This document shows, piece after piece, positions 40,048-50,492 of a stretch of 64,000 bases of DNA (the first letter of the stretch is position 1; each line of letters begins with the position of its first letter). Both the position numbers and the translations under genes were made by a program. Under the pieces are notes generated by a model. It was given only the letters and a program-made list of their open reading frames with translations. It did no database searches and was not told where the DNA came from. This DNA is from an uncultured Pseudomonadales bacterium. GTDB taxonomy: Bacteria > Patescibacteriota > Microgenomatia > UBA1400 > PJMF01. Where the stretch lies: NCBI GenBank assembly GCA_964648715.1, contig CAZYNM010000001.1:16040-80039 (forward strand), read 5' to 3'.

Positions 40048-41520
40048 ATGGCAACACAAAAGAGACCACCAGTTATAACGATCATGGGACACGTTGACCA
40101 TGGTAAGACGTCGCTGTTGGACTACATTCGCAAAACTCGAGTTGCCGCTCGTGAAGCAGGTGGTATTACTCAGCACATTGGTGCCTACCAAGTGGAGTTC
40201 CGCAATGAGAAGCTAACGTTTATTGATACCCCAGGTCATGCTGCGTTTAATAAAATGCGTCAGCGTGGTTCTCAACTGACGGATATTGTGGTACTAGTTG
40301 TAGCTGCAGATGATGGTGTCAAACCTCAGACGATTGAATCAATTAGACACATCAAGGAAGCCGGAGTCCCTGTGGTTGTTGCAATCAATAAAATTGATTT
40401 ACCCAATACATTTCCTGATATGGCCAAAGCACAGCTCGCTGACCAAGGTATCTTGGTACAGGGGTACGGTGGAGATATAGACACAATTGAACTTTCCGCC
40501 AAGACAGGTCAAGGTGTTGATACCTTATTGGAAACCCTGGTGACCATGGCAGAACTCAATGGATACACTGCTGATGCTGATGCTCCTCTCAAGGCGATCG
40601 TTATTGAGTCAGCAAAAGATCCTCGCCGTGGTTCTGTCGCAAGTGTGATTGTGCAACAAGGTACGTTGAGGGTTCGACAAGATATCTTTACTGAAACTGC
40701 TTCTGGAAGAGTGAAGCTTCTCAGTGATGAGGATGGGACACCGTTGCAAACAGTTACTCCTGGAAGTCCTGCAGAAATTATTGGTTTTGAAGAGGTTCCT
40801 GAGGTTGGTGAGACAGTCTGTGATATGGACGCAGAGTATCCGGTTGAGGAAGAAGATGCTGATGAGGAAGCAACAGAAGGCACACGAAGCGTTCGGTTTG
40901 CAGGTCTAGATTTTGGTGCGTTGATTGAAGACAAGCCAAAGCTTAAGCTCATCATTAAAGCAGATGTTTCTGGTACACTTGAGGCAATTACTCAGACGCT
41001 TGATGCAGAAAGTACTGAGCTTTTGGATTCAGGAGTTGGGCAAGTAACTGAAGGTGATGTCGATCTGGCACAAGCAAGTGATGCTATGATTATCGCTTTT
41101 CATATCAAGGTAAGCAAACAGCTCAAGCAGTATGCAAAAGATCATGGTGTGCGCTTGAAGACTTACGATGTCATTTATCATCTCATTGAAGATCTACAAA
41201 AATTGATGCTAAAGCTCATGGATAGTAGTATCGATGAAATTGTGACTGGTGAGGCAGAAGTTATGCAAATATTTGAGATGCGTGGAGATCGCATTGCAGG
41301 CATTCGTGTCAAAACAGGTGAAATCAAAAAACATGATTTGTTACATATGAAACGCGGCGAAGAAGTGTTGTTTAATCCTGTTATTAAATCCATGATGCAC
41401 GGCAAACAAGAAATTGAGAGTGTCAAAGTAAAGAATGAGTGTGGTCTTACTTTTAAGAATCGCAAACTTGATTTCCAGCCAGGTGACATCTTGGTTGCCT
41501 ACAAGATTGCTGATGAATAA
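40048..41520 (+). CDS. infB: translation initiation factor IF-2 (minimal form starting at the G domain)
   Basis: RPPVITIMGHVDHGKTSLLD, DTPGHAAF, NKID; 490 aa, lacks the long N-terminal region. Confidence 0.85.
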   Translation: MATQKRPPVITIMGHVDHGKTSLLDYIRKTRVAAREAGGITQHIGAYQVEFRNEKLTFIDTPGHAAFNKMRQRGSQLTDIVVLVVAADDGVKPQTIESIRHIKEAGVPVVVAINKIDLPNTFPDMAKAQLADQGILVQGYGGDIDTIELSAKTGQGVDTLLETLVTMAELNGYTADADAPLKAIVIESAKDPRRGSVASVIVQQGTLRVRQDIFTETASGRVKLLSDEDGTPLQTVTPGSPAEIIGFEEVPEVGETVCDMDAEYPVEEEDADEEATEGTRSVRFAGLDFGALIEDKPKLKLIIKADVSGTLEAITQTLDAESTELLDSGVGQVTEGDVDLAQASDAMIIAFHIKVSKQLKQYAKDHGVRLKTYDVIYHLIEDLQKLMLKLMDSSIDEIVTGEAEVMQIFEMRGDRIAGIRVKTGEIKKHDLLHMKRGEEVLFNPVIKSMMHGKQEIESVKVKNECGLTFKNRKLDFQPGDILVAYKIADE

Positions 41521-41617
41521 CCAGTGTGTTATAATTCACGCCACAGTATAAATGGTTACATTCCTTGTTAGTCGGATGGGTTCTGACTTCACGAGAGAAT
41601 GGTCATGAAAGGATACC

Positions 41618-41887
41618 ATGTCATTAACAAAAGTACAAAAAACCCAACTCATCAAAGATTTTCAATTATTTGAAGGTGATACTGGATCTCCAGAAGTGCA
41701 GATTGCTCTTTTGACTGCATCCATCCAGCAATTAACTGGTCACTTAAAACAACACAAAAAAGATGACCACTCTCGCAGAGGTCTCCTCAAGCAAGTTGCC
41801 AAACGCCGCCGCCTCCTCAACTTCTTACTTGAAAGAAGTGAAGAGCGCTATCGTGCCCTCATTGGTCGTCTTGGATTGAGTAAATAA
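41618..41887 (+). CDS. rpsO: 30S ribosomal protein S15
   Basis: 89 aa; [14 protein letters not shown]...[29 protein letters not shown]. Confidence 0.9.
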   Translation: MSLTKVQKTQLIKDFQLFEGDTGSPEVQIALLTASIQQLTGHLKQHKKDDHSRRGLLKQVAKRRRLLNFLLERSEERYRALIGRLGLSK

Positions 41888-41897
41888 TTCACCTTGA

Positions 41898-43232
41898 TTA
41901 CATAAGAAACTTGAGCCATATCACCGCAAATGTAATGGTGGCGTTGAGTATAACAAGTGGTACCCCAACTTTGAGATACTGCATGAAATTGACGTGGTGA
42001 CCTTCTTTTTCGGCTTGGCCAAATGCTATAACATTACAGGCAGCTGCAATGGGAGAACCAGCGCCACCTATTGAGGTACCTAAATTGAGTGCCCACCAGA
42101 GTGGATAGACATACAGTCCTGTTTTTTCCATGGCCTGTATTGCTGCTACCATTGTTATGTTGTACGGCACGTTATCAATAAATGTTGACAAAATTCCTGA
42201 ACCAAGCGAGATAAAGAAAGTAAGAATAGTAAGGTTCCCACCTGATAGATATACCAACCCTTTACCTAATGCCTCAATAATTTGAGTAAATTCAAGTGAA
42301 CCAACAACCACAAACAACCCCATGAAGAAAAATAATATCTCCCAATCAATAAGGTAGCGGAACACTTTTTGTGGTTCACGGTGAAATATAAGCATACACA
42401 GGAACGCCCCAGTCAAAGTAATAGTCGCATTATCCAGTGTAAACCCCGTCCACTGTTTAATTTGCTCTTTGAGAATCATAAGTAAGATGACCGCAAATAG
42501 AATGGGAGTACCTCGATAGAGCACTCGTTTGTTTCTCAGTGCAGCCTGTGGGCGAAAAAGCGCAACATCTGACGGTTTAACCTGTACAGCACTCAGTTGT
42601 TTGCGAAATACAAAAAGTGAATATACAGTAACTACCACTGAAAGAAGCATGACAATCATCCCCGAATTATTCACTACTTCGGCAAAACTGAGACCGACTG
42701 TCTTGGCTTGGTAATAGGTAGTAGGGTCGGAAATTGGTGTAGCTGCGCCACCCAAATTGGCCATAGCAACTAGTACAAATAAATAGGGCATCAAGGGTAA
42801 TTTGAGCTCTTTTACCAAAATAAGCACGATGGGAGCAATGATAAGGATGGTGGGTATATTAGAAAAAAGTGCGGTCATGAAAAGAGTAAGATAGCCTATT
42901 GTTACCAGTAACAAGTATTGATTGCCTTTGATTTTTTTAACCAGCCAAATAGCCAAAGCTTCAAACAGTCCCGAGTCTTTCACAATCCCAATGAGTATCA
43001 TCATGCCCACCACAAACCCTAAAATATCAAGATTGTGTGCAATAAACTGAACAGCATTTTCTTGCGATGAGTGCATGGAGCTACGAAACACTTGCGCAAT
43101 GACAAGTACGAGCGCGCCTAGACCAGCCACTAACACCTTGTTGAGTTTCTCAGTAATGAGGAAATAGTACACGCCGGTCAACACCACCAATGCAATACCA
43201 GAAAAAAGAGTGATGGGCAGTTCACTAAACAT
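41898..43232 (-). CDS. ion transporter of the ArsB/NhaD/CitMHS permease superfamily (tentative)
   Basis: 444 aa, ~12 TM helices, internal two-repeat hydrophobic architecture. Confidence 0.4.
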   Translation of the reverse strand: MFSELPITLFSGIALVVLTGVYYFLITEKLNKVLVAGLGALVLVIAQVFRSSMHSSQENAVQFIAHNLDILGFVVGMMILIGIVKDSGLFEALAIWLVKKIKGNQYLLLVTIGYLTLFMTALFSNIPTILIIAPIVLILVKELKLPLMPYLFVLVAMANLGGAATPISDPTTYYQAKTVGLSFAEVVNNSGMIVMLLSVVVTVYSLFVFRKQLSAVQVKPSDVALFRPQAALRNKRVLYRGTPILFAVILLMILKEQIKQWTGFTLDNATITLTGAFLCMLIFHREPQKVFRYLIDWEILFFFMGLFVVVGSLEFTQIIEALGKGLVYLSGGNLTILTFFISLGSGILSTFIDNVPYNITMVAAIQAMEKTGLYVYPLWWALNLGTSIGGAGSPIAAACNVIAFGQAEKEGHHVNFMQYLKVGVPLVILNATITFAVIWLKFLM

Positions 43233-43244
43233 AGGTTGCTCTTT

Positions 43245-43727
43245 TTATAACTTCATTCCCACAGCAAGTGCTTTTTTGATCTCAGAGCGGGTAACGACGC
43301 CAATAAGTTCCTTATTCTCAATAACGGGTACAATATAGAGATCGCCTCTTAAAAACTCGGCAGTCACCGACATGATATGATCTTCCAGAGATACCCACTC
43401 AAAATCTTTGCGCATAATTTTGGTGACGGGTTGATCTTGGATGTCTGCACACATTTCGTGGAAAAATCCTTTTTTGTACAATGCAGCAGCAATTCCAAGG
43501 TTTTTTCGGAATTGTCTTGGCACTGTTGCACCGGCGATATCCTGAACAGACAAGACCCCAACCACTTTTCGTGGATTCTTAACATCAAGCACAATGAGAC
43601 CATTAATTTTTTTATTGACTATAACCTTGAGTGACTCACGCACTGTAAGATCTGAAAGAATGGTGACGGGATCTTTATGGTAGATCTCTTTGATAAGCAT
43701 ATAGTTATGGTATACATCGTGCAGCAC
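43245..43727 (-). CDS. CBS-domain pair protein
   Basis: 160 aa; two CBS-like motifs (GLIVLDVKNPRKVVGVLSVQDI; YIVPVIENKELIGVVTRSEI). Confidence 0.6.
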   Translation of the reverse strand: MLHDVYHNYMLIKEIYHKDPVTILSDLTVRESLKVIVNKKINGLIVLDVKNPRKVVGVLSVQDIAGATVPRQFRKNLGIAAALYKKGFFHEMCADIQDQPVTKIMRKDFEWVSLEDHIMSVTAEFLRGDLYIVPVIENKELIGVVTRSEIKKALAVGMKL

Positions 43728-43742
43728 GCTGGCAAGTAGAAA

Positions 43743-43751
43743 TGGTATAAT
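43743..43751 (+). promoter_or_regulatory. extended -10 promoter element TGGTATAAT upstream of pnp
   Basis: TGnTATAAT at 43743-43751, ~115 nt before ATG 43867; leader contains hairpin-forming segments. Confidence 0.45.
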
Positions 43752-43866
43752 AGAGTCCAGTATAGAAGTTGTGCTCTGGGTGTTTGAGCATTCTAGAGAG
43801 CTGATAGGAATATCCTGTCGTCTCTCAGAGAATACTCACCCACACTACAACACTACATTTTAAGGA

Positions 43867-46143
43867 GTGGATATGTCATATCCTCAGTATCCTCACACGT
43901 ACAAAAAAGACGTTACGGTGGGAAACAAAGTAGTATCAGTGGAAGTAGGACACTTTTCCGAACAGGTTTCAGCTGCAGTGATTACTCGCATGGGTGACAC
44001 CGTGGTGCATACCACCGTTGCATTAGGTAGAAAAGTGAACTTGGGATACTTTCCTCTTTCAGTAGAATACGCCGAAAAATTATTTGCCAGTGGCATTATC
44101 AAGGGTTCTCGCTGGGTGAAACGTGATGGTCGCCCCAGTGATGATGCGATTCTCAAGGGTCGCGTTGTGGACCGTTCTCTGCGTCCCATGTTTCCTGATG
44201 GTATTACTAATGAAGTGCAAGTGATCAGTACTGTGTTTTCCTATGATGGTGAAAATCAGCCCGATATGCTTGCCCTCTTGGGTGGTGCTATCGGTTTGAG
44301 TATTTCTGATATTCCTTTTGATGGACCTATCGCTGGTATTCGCATGGGTTACCAAAAAGCAACCGGTGCATTTGTCATTAATCCAACTGTTTCAGAACAA
44401 GAAAACAGTGATATGGATTTGATTGTATCAGGGACCGGCAACACGGTTGTCATGGTTGAGGCTGGGGCCAACGAAGTGTCCGAAGCAGTCATGGTGGAAG
44501 CACTCACCAAAGCACAAGAAATTTTCGCTGGTGTGTGTGGACAGATTACAGAGATGATGGGTGAAATTGGAAAAGAGAAAAAGTCTCTCATTGATCTCAA
44601 TGAAGAAGCAGAAGCACGAACGACTGCACTCAAAGAGCGCATGATGACTAAGTACGGGAAAGAGCTTCGCACCGTAGTGGAAAAAGAGGGCAAGCTTGAA
44701 GAAAGTGGTGCCTCAGAATTGGTGAAGACTGTGGTTGCTGCCTTCAATGAAGGTGTTGCAGAAGAAAAAGCCTTGTATACAGAAGCAGAAATCTCAGATG
44801 CCTTGCACTCACTTACTAAGAAGATTGCGCGCACCATGATTATTGAAGAAAAAGTTCGCCCTGATGGCCGCAAGACGGATGAGATTCGTCCTATTTGGTG
44901 TGAAGTAGATGTGTTCCCTCGCACACATGGTAGTGCTATGTTCAAGAGAGGTGCTACGCAAGCAGTTACTATTACTACCCTTGGTGCTCCCAACTTGGGA
45001 CAACTTATTGAAAGTATAGAAGGTGAAGAAGTTCGCCACTATATGCACCACTACAACATGCCTCCGTATGCATCTGGAGAGACGGGACGCTTTGGTGCTC
45101 CCAAACGCCGCGAGATTGGACATGGAGCACTTGCTGAGCGAGCATTACTTCCTATGATCCCTTCACAAGAAGTCTTCCCGTATGCCATTCATGTTGTGTC
45201 AGAAATCATGAGCTCTAATGGTTCAACTTCACAAGCATCAGTCTGTGGATCAACCATGTCATTGATGGCAGCTGGTGTACCTATTAAACGCCCAGTAGCG
45301 GGTATCGCAATGGGACTGATGAGTGATGGTGAAACATACGTAGTACTTTCAGACATTCAAGGTCTGGAGGACCATGTGGGTGATATGGACTTCAAGGTAG
45401 CTGGTACTACGGAAGGTATTACTGCTATTCAGATGGATATCAAACTCAAGGGCGTACCACGACCAGTGCTTGAGCAGGCACTTGATCAAGCAAAAGCAGG
45501 TCGTCTGCACATTTTGCAGAAGATGCTTGCCGCTATACCTGCACCTCGTGCTGAGCTGTCCCAGTATGCACCAAAGATTGAACAAGTCTCCATCCCTGGA
45601 GACAAAATTGGTGAACTCATTGGTCCAGGAGGAAAGCACATCAAAGGCCTCATCGAGAAATTTGGAGCTCAAATTGATGTGGAAGAAAATGAAGACAATA
45701 CCTTGGGTATCGTTACTATCTCTTCGGCTGATCAGGCTAAGATTAGTGGTGCAAAGACGTATATCACCAATATGTTCCGTGAAGTGGCACCTGGAGATGA
45801 ATTTGACGGCACAGTGACTCGTGTTGAGTCATATGGTGCATTTGTGGAGTTTTTATCAGGCCGTGAAGGTCTTGTCCATGTTTCACAGATGTCTACTGAG
45901 TTTGTGCCGGATGCATCAGCATTGGTACACCTTGGCGATAGTGTGCATGTCCGCGTTTCTGAGATCAAAGAAGACGGTAAGATTGGTCTTTCTATGCTCA
46001 GTGCAGAGGAAGCTGAACAAGCACGACAAAATCGACCATCTGGCGATCGCGGTGATCGTGGTGGCAGACCTCCTTTCAGAGGTGGCAGAGGTGGTGGTCG
46101 TCGCTTTGGCGGTGACAGACACGAGCGCCATGAACGCAGATAA
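43867..46143 (+). CDS. pnp: polynucleotide phosphorylase (PNPase) with C-terminal Arg/Gly-rich tail
   Basis: Two RNase PH domains, KH (GPGGKHIKGLIEKFGAQI), S1 (GDEFDGTVTRVESYGAFVEF), then QNRPSGDRGDRGGRPPFRGGRGGGRRFGGDRHERHERR. Confidence 0.95.
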   Translation: MDMSYPQYPHTYKKDVTVGNKVVSVEVGHFSEQVSAAVITRMGDTVVHTTVALGRKVNLGYFPLSVEYAEKLFASGIIKGSRWVKRDGRPSDDAILKGRVVDRSLRPMFPDGITNEVQVISTVFSYDGENQPDMLALLGGAIGLSISDIPFDGPIAGIRMGYQKATGAFVINPTVSEQENSDMDLIVSGTGNTVVMVEAGANEVSEAVMVEALTKAQEIFAGVCGQITEMMGEIGKEKKSLIDLNEEAEARTTALKERMMTKYGKELRTVVEKEGKLEESGASELVKTVVAAFNEGVAEEKALYTEAEISDALHSLTKKIARTMIIEEKVRPDGRKTDEIRPIWCEVDVFPRTHGSAMFKRGATQAVTITTLGAPNLGQLIESIEGEEVRHYMHHYNMPPYASGETGRFGAPKRREIGHGALAERALLPMIPSQEVFPYAIHVVSEIMSSNGSTSQASVCGSTMSLMAAGVPIKRPVAGIAMGLMSDGETYVVLSDIQGLEDHVGDMDFKVAGTTEGITAIQMDIKLKGVPRPVLEQALDQAKAGRLHILQKMLAAIPAPRAELSQYAPKIEQVSIPGDKIGELIGPGGKHIKGLIEKFGAQIDVEENEDNTLGIVTISSADQAKISGAKTYITNMFREVAPGDEFDGTVTRVESYGAFVEFLSGREGLVHVSQMSTEFVPDASALVHLGDSVHVRVSEIKEDGKIGLSMLSAEEAEQARQNRPSGDRGDRGGRPPFRGGRGGGRRFGGDRHERHERR

Positions 46144-46164
46144 CTATAGCGTTGTAATTAAGGA

Positions 46165-46197
46165 AGCCCTGAGCTAAAACGCTCAGGGCTTTTTTTG
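46165..46197 (+). terminator. rho-independent terminator after pnp
   Basis: agccctgagc-taaaac-gctcagggct followed by TTTTTTT. Confidence 0.85.
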
Positions 46198-46221
46198 TGC
46201 TAAACAAGGTATACTAAGTTC

Positions 46222-47058
46222 ATGCGACTTTCTGCCATTAGCCATGATACTCGCTTTTGTCTCTTAGCTCTTGATAGCATTACGAACTGTGCCGATCACT
46301 GTGGGACTAATCTGCAAACTGAGCTGGGGAAAACACAGCTGCAAGATGTGATCACCCAAATGGTAAAGACATATACTGGTACGTACACTGGTGTGTTATT
46401 GTCACCAGAAGTGGGGTACGATGCGCTCTATGAGAAACTTCCTGCTGCAGGCGTGGCCTTTCCCTTGGAACGCCGGTTATACGATGCCGACCCGCTCACT
46501 ATTCCCATTCTGAAAGACCAGTGGGGCGTTGAACATATCGCACAAAATTATGGAGTAGCAAAGCTGGAGCTGTATTATCATCCTCGCGAAAAGGAAGCGG
46601 GTATTAAACAGCAGATGGTGGCTGAACTCTATGACTACTGTAAGAATCAAGGAATCGACCTACTACTAGAACTGGTGATATACATTGAAGGCACACAATC
46701 AACATATACTGCTCAACTTCCTGAGGTGCAACTTGAAGCGGTACAAGAGCTGCGTGGTTCATGCTCGTTAATGGCATTAGAGTATCCATTGAATGCTCTC
46801 AATACAGTGACATTGACTGCTGAACTTGATATACCCTGGATTTTGACTGCACGAAGCACGCCGTATGAGGAGTTCAAGGAACAGCTGAGAACTGCTATGG
46901 AAAGTGGAGCAGTGGGTTACATGGGAGCTGAGTTTTTGCTGCCGCCACTTCCTCAAACAGGTGTTAGTCTGTGGGATGCAGAAAAGATACAATCGTATAT
47001 ACTAACCACAGGCCTGGATCGGGCACACGAATTACATAGGATAGTTACAGAAAGATAA
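46222..47058 (+). CDS. class I aldolase family protein (LacD/tagatose-bisphosphate aldolase-like), tentative
   Basis: [13 protein letters not shown] resembles the LacD LLDPEYG motif; TIM-barrel-like length. Confidence 0.3.
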   Translation: MRLSAISHDTRFCLLALDSITNCADHCGTNLQTELGKTQLQDVITQMVKTYTGTYTGVLLSPEVGYDALYEKLPAAGVAFPLERRLYDADPLTIPILKDQWGVEHIAQNYGVAKLELYYHPREKEAGIKQQMVAELYDYCKNQGIDLLLELVIYIEGTQSTYTAQLPEVQLEAVQELRGSCSLMALEYPLNALNTVTLTAELDIPWILTARSTPYEEFKEQLRTAMESGAVGYMGAEFLLPPLPQTGVSLWDAEKIQSYILTTGLDRAHELHRIVTER

Positions 47059-47065
47059 GATAGGT

Positions 47066-47665
47066 ATGTTTACACTCCCTTCACTACCATATGAATATAG
47101 TGCCTTAGAGCCATATTTTGATGCTAAGACCATGGAAATTCATCATACTAAGCACCATCAAACCTATGTGGATAAACTCAACGCTGCACTACAAACACAG
47201 CGAGAGATTTCTGCACAAAGTGTAGAGGAGTTGTTGCAGAACATTACTCAGGTACCAGAAAGTATCCGAATGGCAGTTCGTAATCACGGTGGTGGTCACT
47301 CAAATCACACCTTGTTTTGGCAATCACTCAGCCCACAAGGTGGTGGTGAACCTACTGGTGCTTTGGCAGAACTGATCGTGCGTGATTTTGGTACCTATAC
47401 CTCTTTTAAAGAGGCTTTTACAACATGTGCGCAAAATCACTTTGGCTCTGGCTGGGCTTGGTTGGTCCTACAAAGTAATGGAGCACTCAAAGTTTACTCT
47501 ACTGCCAACCAAGATTCTCCCTATATGACGGGTGATAAACCTGTTTTGGGTCTCGATATATGGGAGCACGCTTATTATCTGAAATACCAAAACAAACGGC
47601 CAGACTATATTCAGGCTTTTTGGTCTTTGGTAAACTGGAAAGTTGTGGCAAATAGAATTGCGTAA
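47066..47665 (+). CDS. Fe/Mn superoxide dismutase
   Basis: [29 protein letters not shown]...[18 protein letters not shown]. Confidence 0.9.
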   Translation: MFTLPSLPYEYSALEPYFDAKTMEIHHTKHHQTYVDKLNAALQTQREISAQSVEELLQNITQVPESIRMAVRNHGGGHSNHTLFWQSLSPQGGGEPTGALAELIVRDFGTYTSFKEAFTTCAQNHFGSGWAWLVLQSNGALKVYSTANQDSPYMTGDKPVLGLDIWEHAYYLKYQNKRPDYIQAFWSLVNWKVVANRIA

Positions 47666-47667
47666 TC

Positions 47668-48252
47668 ATGTTACAAGTGTTTCTTGACGTTGAGACAAAG
47701 AAAATCTTTGATGATGTGGGTGGGTATTTTCCTGATAGGCTGGGTGTCTCTTTTGTGGGTGTATGTGTGCGAGACGGCATGACTGGCAAAGGTGAAATGC
47801 GCTCTTTTTTTGAACAGGATATTCCCTCACTCTTTCCATTACTTGAGCAGGCGGATGTAGTAGTGGGATTCAACATTGATGAGTTTGATATGCAAACATT
47901 GGTGCCGTACTATAAAGGAAGTATTACGAGTATTCCCACCTTGGATCTTTTGGACCGGATCAAAAAAAGTGTTGGTCATCGTATTGGTTTGGATGCAGTT
48001 GCGCAGGAAACGTTGGGTATTGGAAAATCAGGTAATGGTCTAGATGCCGTCAAATACTATCAGCAAAAAAACTGGGAAGCACTTGAAAAATACTGTTTAC
48101 AAGATGTAGCGGTAACCCGAGATGTCTATGACGCTGGGGTGCGAACTGGCAAAGTGAAATTTAAGAACAAGTGGAATAGATTAATTGAATGTCCAGTTAA
48201 TTTTTCATTTACACCCCGTAAGGATGCTGGAGTACAAATGAGTTTATTATGA
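47668..48252 (+). CDS. DEDDy-type 3'-5' exonuclease domain protein (RNase H-like fold)
   Basis: FLDVETKK (Exo I D.E), VVGFNIDEFD (Exo II), YCLQDVAVTRDVY (Exo III Y...D). Confidence 0.5.
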   Translation: MLQVFLDVETKKIFDDVGGYFPDRLGVSFVGVCVRDGMTGKGEMRSFFEQDIPSLFPLLEQADVVVGFNIDEFDMQTLVPYYKGSITSIPTLDLLDRIKKSVGHRIGLDAVAQETLGIGKSGNGLDAVKYYQQKNWEALEKYCLQDVAVTRDVYDAGVRTGKVKFKNKWNRLIECPVNFSFTPRKDAGVQMSLL

Positions 48253-48782
48253 ACCCAAAATTATGTATGACTGCAGCAGGCGTTTTGCTGCATGAAGGAC
48301 AAGTTTTGCTTGTGAAGCACAAAAAATTGGGCATTTGGCTCAACCCTGGGGGGCATATTGAACAAGATGAACTGCCACACCATGCTGCAGAACGAGAGTT
48401 TTTTGAAGAGACTGGTGTCCGTGTAGAAGCGTACGACTTTTCACCGCACCTTGCCCAAAAGAAAGCTGATACCAGTTTTTTCATTCCAAATCCTCTTACA
48501 ACCAACGTTCATTGGATTTGTAAAGAAAATTACGAAGCACGCTGTGCACAAGGTGCAGAGTACCAAAGGAATGCTGTGTGGAGCAAAGGTTGTGAAAAAC
48601 ACTGCAACTTTTTATATTTGGTGCGACCCACAGGAGACCTTACCTACACTCAAAATGAGGCTGAGAGTGATGGCATTGGATGGTTCACTCAATCCAATAT
48701 ACACACGCTAAAAACACACGATAACATCCGAACTGAGCTTGAGCTGGCCTTTAATCTTTTTGATCACCAAGAAAAGTGCTAG
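48249..48782 (+). CDS. Nudix hydrolase
   Basis: Nudix box GGHIEQDELPHHAAEREFFEETGV. Confidence 0.7.
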   Translation: MNPKLCMTAAGVLLHEGQVLLVKHKKLGIWLNPGGHIEQDELPHHAAEREFFEETGVRVEAYDFSPHLAQKKADTSFFIPNPLTTNVHWICKENYEARCAQGAEYQRNAVWSKGCEKHCNFLYLVRPTGDLTYTQNEAESDGIGWFTQSNIHTLKTHDNIRTELELAFNLFDHQEKC

Positions 48783-49113
48783 CAATTTGTGTGGACAATA
48801 CAAGTTCTGGCTTTGTTTTATTGTGGTCAGCTGCCCATACATCCGCCATTTTAGTGAGCATCTCATCTCGCGTAACTGGCTTAAGTTCACCAGCTTCTAT
48901 TTTTGCTGCACGAGTGCGGGCCGCGTTTAATTGTTCTTGAGTGACACCTAATTTGTCTACTTGCGCAGTGGGGTATTTTTGTACGAGTTCAAACACAGCA
49001 ATCGTAACATCAACACCATCAAAAATATCTTCATAAAATTGACCAATGGTTCTTTCAATGAATGGAGTAGGTTTAACTACTTCTGGAGTAGTAGCTTGTT
49101 CTGCCATCGTCAT
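48751..49113 (-). CDS. hypothetical protein (120 aa)
   Basis: ORF with balanced composition, divergent from sufC; 32-nt 3' overlap with the Nudix gene; no motif recognised. Confidence 0.3.
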   Translation of the reverse strand: MTMAEQATTPEVVKPTPFIERTIGQFYEDIFDGVDVTIAVFELVQKYPTAQVDKLGVTQEQLNAARTRAAKIEAGELKPVTRDEMLTKMADVWAADHNKTKPELVLSTQIASTFLGDQKD

Positions 49114-49216
49114 GTAGACCTTCCTTGTGTTGTGTCTCGTTTCACAACATACCTAGCATTTTTATACTCTAGACAGCTACTGAAAGCAACAGCGAGTATC
49201 TGTTACAATACGGCGG

Positions 49217-49999
49217 ATGTTAGAAATAAAAAATCTACACGCCGCGTTTGAGCAGACTGCTATTCTTCGTGGAGTATCCTTGACTGTGGAACCTGGTTCA
49301 TTGCATGCCATTATGGGTCCAAATGGATCAGGCAAAAGTACCTTTGCCAGTGTGTTGGCTGGACATCCATTTTTTACAGTCACAGATCCCGAGAAACACA
49401 GCACCAGTATCTTACTTGATGGGTCAGATATCTTGGAAGCATCACCTGATGAGCGGTCACAAGCAGGACTCTTCCTTGCATTTCAATATCCAGTTGAAGT
49501 GCCCGGTGTATCGGTACAGAACTTCTTGAGGCAGGCACATAAAGCGCGCTTTGCTACAGAGCCAGACAAACAGTTTGCTCGTGCCTTGGACTTTTTTACC
49601 TACCTTAGAGAAACAGCAAACGAGTTTGGTATTAATGAGTCATTTCTTACTCGTGGGCTCAATGAAGGATTTAGTGGGGGAGAAAAAAAACAGTTGGAGA
49701 TTTTGCAGATGGCAGTGCTTGCACCTCGCTATGCCATTTTAGATGAAACAGATTCTGGTCTTGATATGGATGCTATCAAAAAAGTGTCAGTCAATGTCCA
49801 GAAAATACGCGCCAGAACCGGAATGGGTTGTATCTTGATCACGCATTACAACCGCATTCTAGAATACTTATCTCCATCAGCGGTTCACGTGATGGTGGCT
49901 GGTGCCATCGTACGATCTGGCGGTCCAGAACTCATCAAAACCCTTGAAGCAGAAGGGTATGCACCGTATAAGCACATGGTAGAGGAGTCACGCGCATGA
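49217..49999 (+). CDS. sufC: Fe-S cluster assembly ATPase SufC
   Basis: MLEIKNLHAAF..., Walker A GPNGSGKST, ABC signature FSGGEKKQLEI, Walker B ILDETDSGLD. Confidence 0.85.
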   Translation: MLEIKNLHAAFEQTAILRGVSLTVEPGSLHAIMGPNGSGKSTFASVLAGHPFFTVTDPEKHSTSILLDGSDILEASPDERSQAGLFLAFQYPVEVPGVSVQNFLRQAHKARFATEPDKQFARALDFFTYLRETANEFGINESFLTRGLNEGFSGGEKKQLEILQMAVLAPRYAILDETDSGLDMDAIKKVSVNVQKIRARTGMGCILITHYNRILEYLSPSAVHVMVAGAIVRSGGPELIKTLEAEGYAPYKHMVEESRA

Positions 50000-50484
50000 A
50001 AGCCCCACACGAACACCAACTCACCTCCGAAGTTAAGTTGTTGCAAAAAGCTGTCTTGGTACAGGGAGAGAAAGCACTGATTCTGAAGCGTTCAGCAGAC
50101 AGTGGTAGCCGTGCTGAGAAATGGGATTTGCCGGGAGGTAATACTGAATGGCCAGACGGTTCAGAAGACATACGTAATCCTCACTTACAAGATGTAGTGC
50201 GTGAAATCTTTGAAGAGACAGGCATAGAACTGTCAACTTCTGCAGTGTCAGACTGCCTATATGTGGGGAGCTATTTTGAGCCAGGAAAAGAGATCTATAC
50301 CATTATTCTAGGCTGGGGCATCACTTTGCCATTAGATGTACTACAACACGACATAGTATTAAGCGATGAGCACACAGCTTCTACCTGGATTAGTCTTTCA
50401 GAGTTTGATCAATACGACTTTGGATTTGCTGGTGAGCAGAATGGGTTCATAAGACTGATGATTGAAAAGGCTCTCAAGCGTTAA
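49996..50484 (+). CDS. Nudix hydrolase (second copy, inserted between sufC and sufB)
   Basis: Nudix box GGNTEWPDGSEDIRNPHLQDVVREIFEETGI; start overlaps sufC stop (ATGA). Confidence 0.6.
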   Translation: MKAPHEHQLTSEVKLLQKAVLVQGEKALILKRSADSGSRAEKWDLPGGNTEWPDGSEDIRNPHLQDVVREIFEETGIELSTSAVSDCLYVGSYFEPGKEIYTIILGWGITLPLDVLQHDIVLSDEHTASTWISLSEFDQYDFGFAGEQNGFIRLMIEKALKR

Positions 50485-50492
50485 GACAAGCT

